DNA from: a bacterium | GTDB taxonomy: Bacteria; Oederibacteriota; JAAXVQ01; JAUVAV01 | NCBI GenBank assembly: GCA_021108215.1 | Contig: JAIORK010000050.1 | Coordinates: 10,498 to 74,497, forward strand | Reading direction: 5' to 3' | DNA: 64,000 nt | Notes under the pieces: model-generated | What the model was told of the DNA's origin: nothing | Database searches by the model: none | Seen by the model: the letters and a program-made list of their open reading frames with translations, nothing else | Translations under genes and position numbers: made by a program | Shown: positions 17,096 through 26,450 of the stretch, piece by piece | Layout: every line of letters starts with the position of its first letter | How positions within the stretch are numbered: position 1 is the stretch's first letter

Positions 17096-18767
17096 CTAAG
17101 AATTTTTTAATCTCAACCGGAGTGGGTGCCGTAAATGTCGAAACAACAATATTAACTATAATCGCAACCGGTGCACCAATCCACGCAAAATACCAAGCAT
17201 TCAGCCAGTAAGAAATAAATGCATGCGCAGGCAAGGTTACACCGAATTTCCCGGCCACAAAGTAGGTTAATGAAATTAAAGCGACCGCCATACCGGCACT
17301 CAGACCGGCAATCGCTCCGGCTCTATTGGATCGACACCACCAAATCCCCAGCAAGAATAACGGGAATATCGTAGAACCCGCCAAAGAGAATGCCAATGCA
17401 ACCAATTGTGCAATGAGTGCCAGTTTCATCAATGCGACCACGGCAACCGCCACCGCCATGATGACGGTTCCTAGTCTGGCCATGAGTAATTGTTTTGCCG
17501 GAGATGCGTTTGGATTTAATACTTTAAAATAGAGATCATGTGAAAAGGCCGAAGCACCGGCAACCAACAAACCTGAGACAGTGGAAAAAGCAGCTGAAAT
17601 AGCCCCGGCAGCTAAAAGCCCCACAATAAGCGGATTGATATCCCCCAATTGGGCGGTATAAACAACAATCGCATCTTTGGCCAATTTTCCAACTTCCGGA
17701 TTTGAAGACAAAATCTTTCCAAAAGCGGAATAAACCGGCGCACTCCAGTACAACAAGCAGATAAAGAACAATCCCCAAACAACCGACCATCTTGCATCCG
17801 AAGCTTTTGGCACAACATAAAACCTCTGAATAACATGCGGAAGACCGGCAGTACCGATCATGAGTGAAAAACAGGTGGCAATCCATTGAAAAAATGTTTT
17901 ACCGGTTGCAGAATCCCAGGGCATGGCATATTCCGGACTTGGCATGATGGCAAAACCATGGCCATACACATTCAGCAAAGACACCTGGTCGACGGTCTTG
18001 GGAATGGGAATGCCTTGAACAATATCAGACACAACAGAACCATAACCAATTTGGGGCAGCAGCCAAAAATAATCAAATTTAAATGTCAGCAGGAATAACG
18101 GAATCATAAATGAAATAATAATAATAACATATTGAATCTGCATGTTTTTGGTCACACCCAACATACCCGAAATAAGCGTGTAGGCAAGCACAACCGAAGC
18201 ACCGATAAGTACCGCCCACGCATAATCCACACCAAGGACCCACTTGAACATAAGTCCGATGCCGCCAAATTGTCCGACACAGTATGAAAAAGATATTAAG
18301 ATGGCAACGACTGCGGAAAAAGCTCTAAGCCCTTTTGAGTAGTATCGGTCACCAATAAAATCAGGCGCTGTGAATCTTCCGTATTTCCTGATTTGACCTG
18401 CCATTAAGATGAGTAACAAAACATACCCGCCGGTCCAACCGACAACATAGGATAATCCGTGATATCCAGAACCATACATAATGGCGGCCATCCCAAGAAA
18501 TGACGCGGCACTCATCCAGTTGCTTGCTATGGCCATTCCGGAACCAACGCGGGATATTTTCCGTCCTGCCGCCCAGTAATCATTGGTGTCTTTTGCTTTG
18601 TGAAACAAGCCGACACCAATAAATAAAGCCAACATTGAAATCAAAATAATTGCAGGTCCGATTTTAAAACTCCCTTCCAATGCCGTCACACTCGCCGCAT
18701 TGGAAAAAGCAGGTATACTCAAAAACAATAGCGTAAGCAAACTTTTCATTATCATTCTCCCCATCAC
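17076..18767 (-). CDS. sodium:solute symporter (SSS family), VC_2705/ActP-like subfamily
   Basis: 563 aa with about 13 TM helices and the SSS-family consensus region (GLLAAGAISAAFSTVSGLLVAGASAFSHDLYFK). It is preceded by a DUF4212-like small-subunit gene. Confidence 0.85.
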   Translation of the reverse strand: MMGRMIMKSLLTLLFLSIPAFSNAASVTALEGSFKIGPAIILISMLALFIGVGLFHKAKDTNDYWAAGRKISRVGSGMAIASNWMSAASFLGMAAIMYGSGYHGLSYVVGWTGGYVLLLILMAGQIRKYGRFTAPDFIGDRYYSKGLRAFSAVVAILISFSYCVGQFGGIGLMFKWVLGVDYAWAVLIGASVVLAYTLISGMLGVTKNMQIQYVIIIISFMIPLFLLTFKFDYFWLLPQIGYGSVVSDIVQGIPIPKTVDQVSLLNVYGHGFAIMPSPEYAMPWDSATGKTFFQWIATCFSLMIGTAGLPHVIQRFYVVPKASDARWSVVWGLFFICLLYWSAPVYSAFGKILSSNPEVGKLAKDAIVVYTAQLGDINPLIVGLLAAGAISAAFSTVSGLLVAGASAFSHDLYFKVLNPNASPAKQLLMARLGTVIMAVAVAVVALMKLALIAQLVALAFSLAGSTIFPLFLLGIWWCRSNRAGAIAGLSAGMAVALISLTYFVAGKFGVTLPAHAFISYWLNAWYFAWIGAPVAIIVNIVVSTFTAPTPVEIKKFLVEKVHD

Positions 18768-19420
18768 ACGTCTTCTATGATTTGATATTTTTTGTGAACG
18801 CGATCAATTAAAATGCAGTAGGACAGACACATTAATACAAACAGAATTAATAAAAATTCGGCAGTATACCAATAATGAAAAGGAAATCCTAAGAACCTGG
18901 CATCCGTAAGAACAGATTGATTATGGGTTAAATAAAGGCCCATAATTCCAGGCAGCCGGTCTTTCACATCTTGACCCATGGCATCAACTCTGGTTTCAGA
19001 AAGTTCTACCATAAGCAGTTTCGCTTCAAGGCTTTCCGCAGTCACACCAAGGTGCTCCGATGCTTGCGCTTTGGTTACATCCGGCGAAAGACTATAAACA
19101 CTCCAATTCAAAGCGTTTACCAAAACCGCCCGGTCTGCTTTTTTTACTGTTTTCCCTAAAACAGCTAACAATGATCTTGAAAAAGCTTGTGTTTCTGAAG
19201 GTGTCGCCGACCCTGCGGCAACAGTCTCCCAAACTTGTTCAAAAGCAATAAGACTTTTTTCTTTCGTCGGTTTTTCAATCACTTTTAATAAAATTTGAAA
19301 ACCAAATACCGCAACCGCCCAGATCACGACCATCGTGCTTATGATTTTCATATTTGCTTTGGCATGGTCAGTTCTCGGTTTAAAGAAATGGACTTTATAG
19401 TCAGTATTTTCCATGTTCAC
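18764..19420 (-). CDS. DUF4212-like solute symporter small subunit, long form with C-terminal extension
   Basis: N-terminal HAKANMKIISTMVVIWAVAVFGFQILL resembles the DUF4212 partner of VC_2705-type symporters. An extra roughly 130 aa and a second TM helix are present, and its stop overlaps the transporter start. Confidence 0.6.
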   Translation of the reverse strand: MNMENTDYKVHFFKPRTDHAKANMKIISTMVVIWAVAVFGFQILLKVIEKPTKEKSLIAFEQVWETVAAGSATPSETQAFSRSLLAVLGKTVKKADRAVLVNALNWSVYSLSPDVTKAQASEHLGVTAESLEAKLLMVELSETRVDAMGQDVKDRLPGIMGLYLTHNQSVLTDARFLGFPFHYWYTAEFLLILFVLMCLSYCILIDRVHKKYQIIEDV

Positions 19421-19825
19421 TCCCGCCCCCCATTATGCGTAATAATAAAATCTCACGATCAGATGCTTTAATATACCAAGAGGCGCATGAAAAATCACGC
19501 GCCTCCGCACAAAGAGCAACCATATCATTCCTGCCAAAAAGCGTCAATTTCTTTATTCCGCACTATTTCAAAACAATGATTTCGATATCCAATTCCTAAT
19601 TCCAATTTCACCTAATCACTTCAACAAACTTTATTTACAAAATGATAGTCGAAGCATCCTGTCAAGGATGCCGCTAAAACCTCAAATCATTCTTCACGCA
19701 AAGTTCGCAAAAAAAAATGCAGGGCGGTGTTAGGTTATCAGGTGCATGATTCTCAAATATATGCTGAATACCTTACTACCTAACACCGTCCCACATTTCT
19801 CGTCACGCCCGGGTGTTTTTGTAAT

Positions 19826-19954
19826 GTAGGGAACGGTTTCAAACCGTTCCCTACAGACCCGTCCCCATATCAAATAAGTGTGTTATCTGAATATTCTAAC
19901 TCAGGTAGCGAATCACTGCTTAATTCCTTATTTCAAATACGTCCCCTATCACGC
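19826..19954. repeat. palindromic repeat element B (second copy of the element-A family)
   Basis: gtagggaacggtttcaaaccgttccctac (19826-19854) has the same 12-bp arms as 2701-2728. ttatttcaaatacgtcccc at 19929-19947 matches 2660-2680. Short tatcacgccccctatcac tandem repeats follow. Confidence 0.6.
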
Positions 19955-20252
19955 CCCCTATCACACGCCTTCGCCCACGTCTCCCGCCCCGCTTAGTGAT
20001 CGCAACGTATTGGCATTTCCCAATCCGGGCAACAAGCATATTTATTTTCAACTTCAAACTTCGGCCGGCTCTGAAATTGAAATTAATTTCTATAATTTTA
20101 CCGGTGAGCGGATAGCGATATTAAGACAGCGTTTGGATCAAACCCGGATACTTCCCTGGAATTGTGAGAATATCGCACCGGGAGTTTATATGGCTGTGAT
20201 TAAGCTAGATGGCCGGATATGGGAGAAGCTTAAAATCAGCATCGTCAGATAA
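19878..20252 (+). pseudogene. orphan T9SS C-terminal sorting domain (remnant of a T9SS cargo gene lacking its cargo part)
   Basis: The ORF encodes only ...LAFPNPGNKHIYFQLQTSAGSEIEINFYNFTGERIAILRQRLDQTRILPWNCENIAPGVYMAVIKLDGRIWEKLKISIVR, a T9SS C-terminal domain homologous to the C-termini of 5228..8341 and 20465..22375. No signal peptide or functional domain lies upstream, and the upstream sequence is repeat element B. Confidence 0.6.
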
Positions 20253-20294
20253 AGGAACTTGGGAGATCGTACGCGTCTCTTTAATATTTTTTAG

Positions 20295-20372
20295 AAATAA
20301 AAAACCCCGCACCTTTCGGTGCAGGGTTTTTTATTTCTGGCGAGGCCGAGTAGACGAGTTTCGCACCTGGGG
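20295..20372. repeat. R1: bidirectional terminator hairpin plus tRNA-Asp-3'-end-like segment (tggcgaggccgagtagacgagtttc)
   Basis: aaaaaaccccgcacctttcggtgcagggttttttatttctggcgaggccgagtagacgagtttcgcac. The same architecture recurs at 23527-23600 and 26510-26560. Confidence 0.65.
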
Positions 20373-20464
20373 CCGGACCTGTCCGGCGAATGCCGCATGA
20401 AATTGGCGGCTTAGTGTTGTCCCTGCCAAATCTAATGTGTCAGGTAAATACTGTCTCTGTACAT

Positions 20465-22375
20465 TTAATGTACAATTGCAAGCTTAAGTACTTCGAATTT
20501 TTTCCCATTTTTATTTATTTTCGCGATATAAAAGCCCGGGGCCAACTCTTGACTATCCAAGATAATTACCTGTCCGTGCCCTGCTAATAACTCCTCAGTT
20601 ACAGTAATAGTTTTTTCTCCGGACATATTGTAAATCACAATCTCTATACTAGCAGCATTATCCAGATGCATCAAAAATTTAACTTCATCGCTAGCAGGAT
20701 TGGGATAAGCTAATACTTTTTTCCCGTTCAAATCCAACCCAGCCAAAGCATTGATAGGAGTTGTGGTTAAAGTTATAGTCATTGAGGCCTCAATTATAGT
20801 AACTGTAGGACTTGCGGTTGGTGTATTTGTAATGGTTGCTGTAGGTGTAGCTGTCAAAGTAGGCGTATATGTTTGAGTTGCAGTATTAGTATTAGTATTA
20901 GTAACTGTGGGTGCAACATTGGTAACTATCTGGGTATTTGAAAAAACTGATGTATTATTCGTTCCGCCTTTTGCAGTTGCGATTACAGTTTCACCATCTA
21001 AACAACTAGTACCTGGATTAAAATTCCAGAAACCTGAACCATCAGCAGTCGTAGAACCCACAAAACGCAGAGTATCACTACCATCTGTAGTTACAAATAC
21101 TTCAATATAATCATTAGCACCTGAGATGCCGCTGACCACAATGTTTTCTGCAGCATAATTGATCACAGGTGCAGTACCGGGTGCACTACTGCTATCTACA
21201 ATCATATTCGTGCAAGCTACCATGGTATTTCCATTACTCTCATTATTCGTAGAAATTACTACTGACCCATCTCTAAACCAAATAGCACTGCCAGTAGCAC
21301 TCGAAAACAAATTGCCATTACCATTAGTTAATCCAATATAATTATTCGCTCCACCATATATATCAATTGCATAAGCCAGCGCTGTGGTACTACCATCCGG
21401 CAAAATACCAAAACGATTGTTAACCAAGGTATTGTATTGAGCTAAATTGGAAGCATTGATAGCGCTTTGGCGCATAAGTATCCCCTTACCAAAACTATTA
21501 CCTTCGATCCAGATTCCATCACTACCACCTACAAAAATTGACCAATTTCCATTGGAAATCACTGCATCTCCAGTAGCATTGATTGAAAAATAATTGCCTA
21601 CAAACCGATTGTTATCTCCAACATTTGTAGTAGCAATGTAAATACCATTACTAGAATTACCTGCTATTATATTTCCAGCACCAGCTACTAACCCACCAAC
21701 CAATAAATCACTAACCGTTGCATTAATATGTATGCCCGTTGCTTGTACTCCTAAACCAGCGCTCCCATCAATGTTGGTTCCAATATAATTCCCGCAAATA
21801 GAATTCGAATCAGACTGTCCCCATAAATAAATCCCAGCATTAATATTACAAGAAATTACATTTCGTTGCGCTGCAATCAATCCGCCAATAATATTATTTG
21901 GACTGGAACGAAAATATATACCGTTTGAATTACTTTGATCTGTTGCGCTATTATAATCCGTGCCGATCAAACAACCCGTAATAGTTATTCCAGATATTCC
22001 AGTAAAATTTGTCTGAATTGCATTCTCACTATTAATCAGCACTAAATCATTAATAATTGAATTACTACTACCAGTATCAAAATATAATAATGTTACTCCT
22101 GAAGAAGTTCCGGTTGACTGAATTGTGGTTCCGTAACCTTCTATAATCACTTGATCAGATATAGATAAATCAGCAGTCAATGTGATTGGACCAGATACAT
22201 TAAAATCAATTGTATCAGTTACACTTGTGCTGAGATCCGAAAAACCTATAGCTTCGCGCAAGGAACCTGTTCCATCATTTGCTGTACTAGTAACTGTGTA
22301 AGTGAGAGCAGAAACTTCAGAGACAATTAAAATCAATACAAAAATTGATACTACAAATCGAAATACTTTTTTCAT
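20465..22375 (-). CDS. T9SS-secreted beta-helix surface protein (paralog of 5228..8341)
   Basis: Signal peptide, G-N-x-I-G-x-N beta-helix repeats, a T/N/P-rich linker (TVTNTNTNTATQTYTPTLTATPTATITNTPTASPTVT), and a C-terminal T9SS domain (KVLAYPNPASDEVKF...GFYIAKINKNGKKFEVLKLAIVH). Confidence 0.85.
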   Translation of the reverse strand: MKKVFRFVVSIFVLILIVSEVSALTYTVTSTANDGTGSLREAIGFSDLSTSVTDTIDFNVSGPITLTADLSISDQVIIEGYGTTIQSTGTSSGVTLLYFDTGSSNSIINDLVLINSENAIQTNFTGISGITITGCLIGTDYNSATDQSNSNGIYFRSSPNNIIGGLIAAQRNVISCNINAGIYLWGQSDSNSICGNYIGTNIDGSAGLGVQATGIHINATVSDLLVGGLVAGAGNIIAGNSSNGIYIATTNVGDNNRFVGNYFSINATGDAVISNGNWSIFVGGSDGIWIEGNSFGKGILMRQSAINASNLAQYNTLVNNRFGILPDGSTTALAYAIDIYGGANNYIGLTNGNGNLFSSATGSAIWFRDGSVVISTNNESNGNTMVACTNMIVDSSSAPGTAPVINYAAENIVVSGISGANDYIEVFVTTDGSDTLRFVGSTTADGSGFWNFNPGTSCLDGETVIATAKGGTNNTSVFSNTQIVTNVAPTVTNTNTNTATQTYTPTLTATPTATITNTPTASPTVTIIEASMTITLTTTPINALAGLDLNGKKVLAYPNPASDEVKFLMHLDNAASIEIVIYNMSGEKTITVTEELLAGHGQVIILDSQELAPGFYIAKINKNGKKFEVLKLAIVH

Positions 22376-22529
22376 TTATTCACTCCTTAATTTTGCTAAT
22401 TAATATCCATAGGTTAACACCATTTAAATTAAATTACGATTAAAAACATTTCGACCCCTGTTATAATCGGACAAAACTAAATAGTAGAAATCTGCTATGC
22501 TAAGAGCCTCAAAATCAGGAGACAAAACA

Positions 22530-22621
22530 GTGAGCAAAGGCAAAAAATGGACATCGGAAGAAAAAATGGCAGCAGTTATGGAAGGGCTAAAAGGTCGGCC
22601 AGCTCGTGCTAGGGTCGAGTA
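22530..22621 (+). pseudogene. possible IS3-family-like transposase OrfA N-terminal remnant (frameshifted, 30 codons)
   Basis: Frame 1 reads VSKGKKWTSEEK and continues in the -1 frame as MAAVMEGLKGRPARARVE*. Joined across the 5-A run at 22561-22565, KKWTSEEK-AAVMEGLKG resembles the HTH_Tnp_1 N-terminus of IS3-type OrfA. The call is weak and rests on recollection of the family. Confidence 0.25.
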
Positions 22622-23231
22622 GCCCAGAGGCATCTCACTTCCAGGCTCTCACAGAACCGTACTTAAATCTCTCAATTCATACGGCTCTTACTGTTCGGCC
22701 ATTATGATTAACATAATGACTTGCTTCATGACTAAAGTTCCTCCGGTTTTTCAACAGTTGACAATAGTCACCAAGCTGAACAGTTCGGTCCCGCAGCGAA
22801 ACTTCCATTACAGAAGCTTCTTCACTACTACGAACCGATCGCCCCTATATCATGCCTTGGTACTCACAACCTAACACCGTGCTACGATGCTTGGATGGCT
22901 CCCTTTACATCATGATATAGGTTCCCACGTTCTCCGTAAAAGCCCGAACAGAGCTCATGCCACCTCTATGCCGGATGCCGCACAGCCAGTAAACACGTTT
23001 CCGCTATGCTTGTCCCAAGATTCCAGCAACACCTTGGTTTTGACATCATCATTTTGACTTTCGACACTTTATCAGTGGTTCACTTTCGTTCATCTTCTCT
23101 GTTCATACCTCACCTTGACGCTCACCACCATGTCTTTTGAACACAGCAGCTCAAGGCGGTTTGGCACCTGCTCGTGCAAGCCGATGCCGAAGGACCGACC
23201 CCTTCATCTCTTACGAAACTTCGTGGCACAC
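22618..23231 (-). mobile_element. ORF-less group II intron candidate (or 3' intron fragment) with canonical domain V
   Basis: The minus-strand sequence GAGCCGTAT-GAATT-GAGA-GATTT-AA-GTACGGTTC (plus 22653-22686) reproduces the domain V architecture. That comprises a 9-bp lower stem with the AGC triad and G-U pairs, a 2-nt bulge, a 5-bp upper stem and a GNRA loop (compare Ll.LtrB GAGCCGTATACTCCGAGAGGGGTACGTACGGTTCC). A D6-like helix AGCCTGGA...TCTGGGCT followed by AC lies 7 nt downstream. The candidate 5' GTGTG is at 23231. The 1.37-kb region 22376-23742 has no credible ORF. The boundaries are approximate. Confidence 0.6.
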
Positions 23232-23452
23232 TGCCGGAGTTCAAATGTTCAAATAACACTCCACTATTCCTACCATTTCAAAACGCTAATTTCCAGATAA
23301 TAAAATCCGTTCAATCTTCGGATGCTCAAATACCAGCACCAAGCAACGCTTCCCGATTGGAGGTCGCAATTTGCGATCTCCAATTTTCTGTTTCTTGCTT
23401 GGGTAACCAGAACATAAAATCTCCAGCCAGCTCAATTTAAATTGACTCGATA

Positions 23453-23600
23453 ATTCACGAAAATCGAACAATAGAGCAGTTGAGCAGCAGACCGCCCTAA
23501 ACCACGTAGGGTTTAGGGCTTCAGAAATAAAAACCCCAGTCCTTATTGGACTGGGGTTTTTATTTCTGGCGGGGCCGAGTAGACGAGTTTCACAACTGGT
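23453..23600. repeat. R2: roughly 110-nt repeat (acgaacaatagagcagttgagcag...accgccctaaaccacgtagggtttagggcttcag), terminator hairpin and tRNA-Asp-3'-like segment
   Basis: Near-identical to 26451-26560 over about 110 nt. The hairpin is aaaaaccccagtccttattggactggggttttt and the tail is tggcggggccgagtagacgagtttc. Confidence 0.7.
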
Positions 23601-23742
23601 GCCAAGAAAAACCGGCTGCTCAAATTAGCTTTTACATATAGTGATCGTCCATTATTATAGACTGAATTAATTATTTTTATTTTATTTCATTGAAATAAAA
23701 CCTACACAAACCTAAAAAACCGATTTTCTCTCTAAGACTGCA

Positions 23743-25059
23743 TTATCGCCTCTCATGACGTTCGTTATCTTGCGGAGTAAGCGTAATGGTTTTATCATAA
23801 TCCGATAATAACTTCGAAATACCAATAGCTTGGATTTCTTCATTGGCAGCACCATCAAGATTTAATTGAAGCTGACAGTTATCACATTTGCGATCACAAA
23901 ATACCGGTTCATAAGAATCCGGCTCTTTATAGGTTGTAATAACACCTTCAAAATTACGAAGAATAACTTTGTTCGTAGACCAACTGATCAGATATTGAGG
24001 CATAACAGGTATTTTCCCTCCACCTCCAGGAGCATCGATAACGTAAGTAGGCACTGCAAAACCGCTGGTATGACCAATAAGATTTTCCATTATTTCCATA
24101 CCCTTGCCAACCGGTGTACGGAAATGATTTAATCCTTCGGCCAAATCACACTGATATAGATAATAAGGACGCACACGATTCTGTACGAGTTTATGCACTA
24201 ACCGCTTCATTATCCTTGGACAATCATTAACACCAGCTAAAAGTACTGATTGATTACCTAGTGGTATTCCGCTATCAGCCAATTTGGCCAATACTTCTTT
24301 AGAAGAATTGGTGATTTCTCTTGGATGATTAAAGTGCGTGTTTATCCAAAGCGGATGATGTTTTTTCAATATATTTACTAATTCATCGGTAATACGATAA
24401 GGCAAAACGACCGGCATACGTGTCCCTATCCGAATAACTTCTACATGGTCAATAGAACGCAATTCTGTCAAAATCCAATCGAGGTAATCATCACTTAACA
24501 TCAACGGATCACCACCGGAAAGCAATACATCACGCACTTGTGGTGTTCGGCGAATATAATCCAATCCTGCTTGAATGGTTTTACGATCAGGGATAAAATC
24601 AACATCCCCGACCTTTCTCTTTCTGGTGCAATGTCGGCAATACATCGAACACATATTGCTGATCAGAAAAAGAACACGATCAGGGTAACGATGCGTGATA
24701 CCCGGCGCAGGTGAATCTTTGTCTTCAGCCAAAGGATCATTCATGTCATACTGAACCTTTTCCAGTTCGTGAATAGAAGGAAAAGATTGCAAAAAAACAG
24801 GATCATTCTCAAGATCTGCTTTATCAATCAGCGATAAATAATAAGGTGTAATCGAAAGCGGAAATTTTTCCAGTGTTTCTTCCAAATCTTTTCTTTTTTC
24901 AGTGGTAAATCGAACATCCAGTAGCTTTTCAAACAAAGCAACCGAAGTAATGCGATGCTTTAATTGCCAACGCCAATCATTCCACTGATCAGTGGTATTC
25001 GTTTGATCAATCTTATTGGCAATCGTTTCCTGATGATTTGATAAATCTTTATTCGTCAT
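23743..25059 (-). CDS. kamA: lysine 2,3-aminomutase (radical SAM, KamA/AblA)
   Basis: 438 aa with [10 protein letters not shown] (CxxxCxxC) and the KamA-family motifs ([20 protein letters not shown]-terminal CDxxC region). Confidence 0.85.
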   Translation of the reverse strand: MTNKDLSNHQETIANKIDQTNTTDQWNDWRWQLKHRITSVALFEKLLDVRFTTEKRKDLEETLEKFPLSITPYYLSLIDKADLENDPVFLQSFPSIHELEKVQYDMNDPLAEDKDSPAPGITHRYPDRVLFLISNMCSMYCRHCTRKRKVGDVDFIPDRKTIQAGLDYIRRTPQVRDVLLSGGDPLMLSDDYLDWILTELRSIDHVEVIRIGTRMPVVLPYRITDELVNILKKHHPLWINTHFNHPREITNSSKEVLAKLADSGIPLGNQSVLLAGVNDCPRIMKRLVHKLVQNRVRPYYLYQCDLAEGLNHFRTPVGKGMEIMENLIGHTSGFAVPTYVIDAPGGGGKIPVMPQYLISWSTNKVILRNFEGVITTYKEPDSYEPVFCDRKCDNCQLQLNLDGAANEEIQAIGISKLLSDYDKTITLTPQDNERHERR

Positions 25060-25069
25060 ATTTCATCCT

Positions 25070-25984
25070 TCATACTATAGTTTTATTCCAGATATTCATT
25101 GATTCCCAACCGGTTGGCATGCGGCAATTATTCACCAAGCGCCCGCCATAGCCATAACCCAATTTTGCAAAAGCAGCATTGATGCCAACAATAGGCGCAC
25201 GACAAAGTGTATAGTAATCAACAATTCCAAATACGTCCTTCAAAACCCGTTCAAGTTCTCCAAGCAAAACCAGCATCAAACCATGTCCACGATAGTCCGG
25301 ATCGGTTGCACAATCTGTTAATTCAGCTGTTTTTCGTCCATGATCGATTTCAGCTGAAGCACAAGCGATCATTTCATTTTTTTCGTTTTCAACAAACAAA
25401 AATAACGAATCCTTATTTTGAATATTTTGAGCAATCGTTGCCGGTTCCAAAGAAGATGGATAATCAGAAAATATTTTTTTGAGTAAGCCGCTCAATCCGG
25501 CGGCATCTTCTGTTTTGGCTATTTGCACATCAAAATCATTTTGTATCCGAGCCGGATCAATCACCGGTTTTGATTGAACAGATGTGACGATCTTATTTTG
25601 TTCACCTGCACGATCATCTTGCCCCCGATGGTCAGACAAAAAAAAAGACCAAATTACCGAGTCAAGATGACTCTTAAAAAAACCATTAATCTTCCCTTCT
25701 TTGACAAAACCTATTTCTTGCCAAGCTTGATCATCCCCCTGCGTGGTGTACACAATAATCTTTGAAAATACCAGATCAGCATTTGCAGAAGATACAGGCG
25801 GAGAACATTGAGCTTGTATATCAGCAATCGTCACACCATATAACTTCACACGCTCATTACGGGGATCAAAAACAGACTCAAAATCTTTTTGTCCAAACCG
25901 AATAGACATTGAAATCGTCTTTTTGCTATTGATTGCTTTTGGTGTACCAAATGCCTCGTGTAAATAATGTTGAAGTTCAAGCAT
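25070..25984 (-). CDS. ablB: GNAT acetyltransferase, beta-lysine N-acetyltransferase (AblB)-like
   Basis: 304 aa with a C-terminal GNAT fold (ACASAEIDHGRKTAELTDCATDPDYRGHGLMLVLLGELE). Its length and its adjacency to kamA match the ablA-ablB pairing used for N-epsilon-acetyl-beta-lysine synthesis. Confidence 0.6.
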   Translation of the reverse strand: MLELQHYLHEAFGTPKAINSKKTISMSIRFGQKDFESVFDPRNERVKLYGVTIADIQAQCSPPVSSANADLVFSKIIVYTTQGDDQAWQEIGFVKEGKINGFFKSHLDSVIWSFFLSDHRGQDDRAGEQNKIVTSVQSKPVIDPARIQNDFDVQIAKTEDAAGLSGLLKKIFSDYPSSLEPATIAQNIQNKDSLFLFVENEKNEMIACASAEIDHGRKTAELTDCATDPDYRGHGLMLVLLGELERVLKDVFGIVDYYTLCRAPIVGINAAFAKLGYGYGGRLVNNCRMPTGWESMNIWNKTIV

Positions 25985-26124
25985 AATTCTATTCCTTTTA
26001 CATCAATGCTTTTTTCACAGCATCTTGCGAAACTTTGTTCGTACTGAGTACATCTTCAACCGATTGATCAATCCGGTTGTGTTAAATTTTTGGGTGTGAA
26101 TTCATCTTAGAGCGCACACTGGTT

Positions 26125-26439
26125 ATGGAGCTACAAACTCATAACCCAAACGACGTGTACGCCATGAAAAGTGTATCACAAATAATCCAAAAACAAACTC
26201 ACCAACAGCTCAGAAACCGCACCCGTGAAAGTATCCAACCCGGAACGATCCAGGCTGTCTTTGCCCAAGAAATCAATTCCATTATCGGAGATGCTCTCAA
26301 TGCCCAATTGGTTGCTGAGCGGGATGCCGCCCTGGGCTGCGCTGCTTACGAACGCAAATCCGGGGCATCCCGCAACGGCTTCAAGTCAATCAAAGAAAAC
26401 CGGGGAGGTGTGGAGTTCCTCACGCCCACAATGCCTTAA
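26125..26439 (+). pseudogene. IS256-family transposase N-terminal fragment (truncated at repeat R3)
   Basis: ...LVAERDAALGCAAYERKSGASRNGFKSIKENRGGVEFLTPTMP* matches the IS256/mutator N-terminal signature (AERD..LG...YER...RNGY...G.I.L.VP). The ORF stops 12 nt before R3 begins, and no DDE domain follows. Confidence 0.6.
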
Positions 26440-26450
26440 AAAGCTCAAAA

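Noticed and set aside
22424-22633. 69-aa minus-strand ORF MPLGYSTLARAGRPFSPS…
   Set aside because: It overlaps the transposase-like remnant on the opposite strand and the predicted 3' end of the intron candidate, and has no family resemblance.
23115-23471. Small ORFs 23115..23300 (+), 23174..23440 (+) and 23286..23471 (-) in the 1.37-kb gap
   Set aside because: They are short, overlapping, with no family resemblance. They lie inside the candidate group II intron and repeat R2, so a structured RNA or mobile-element remnant is the better explanation.
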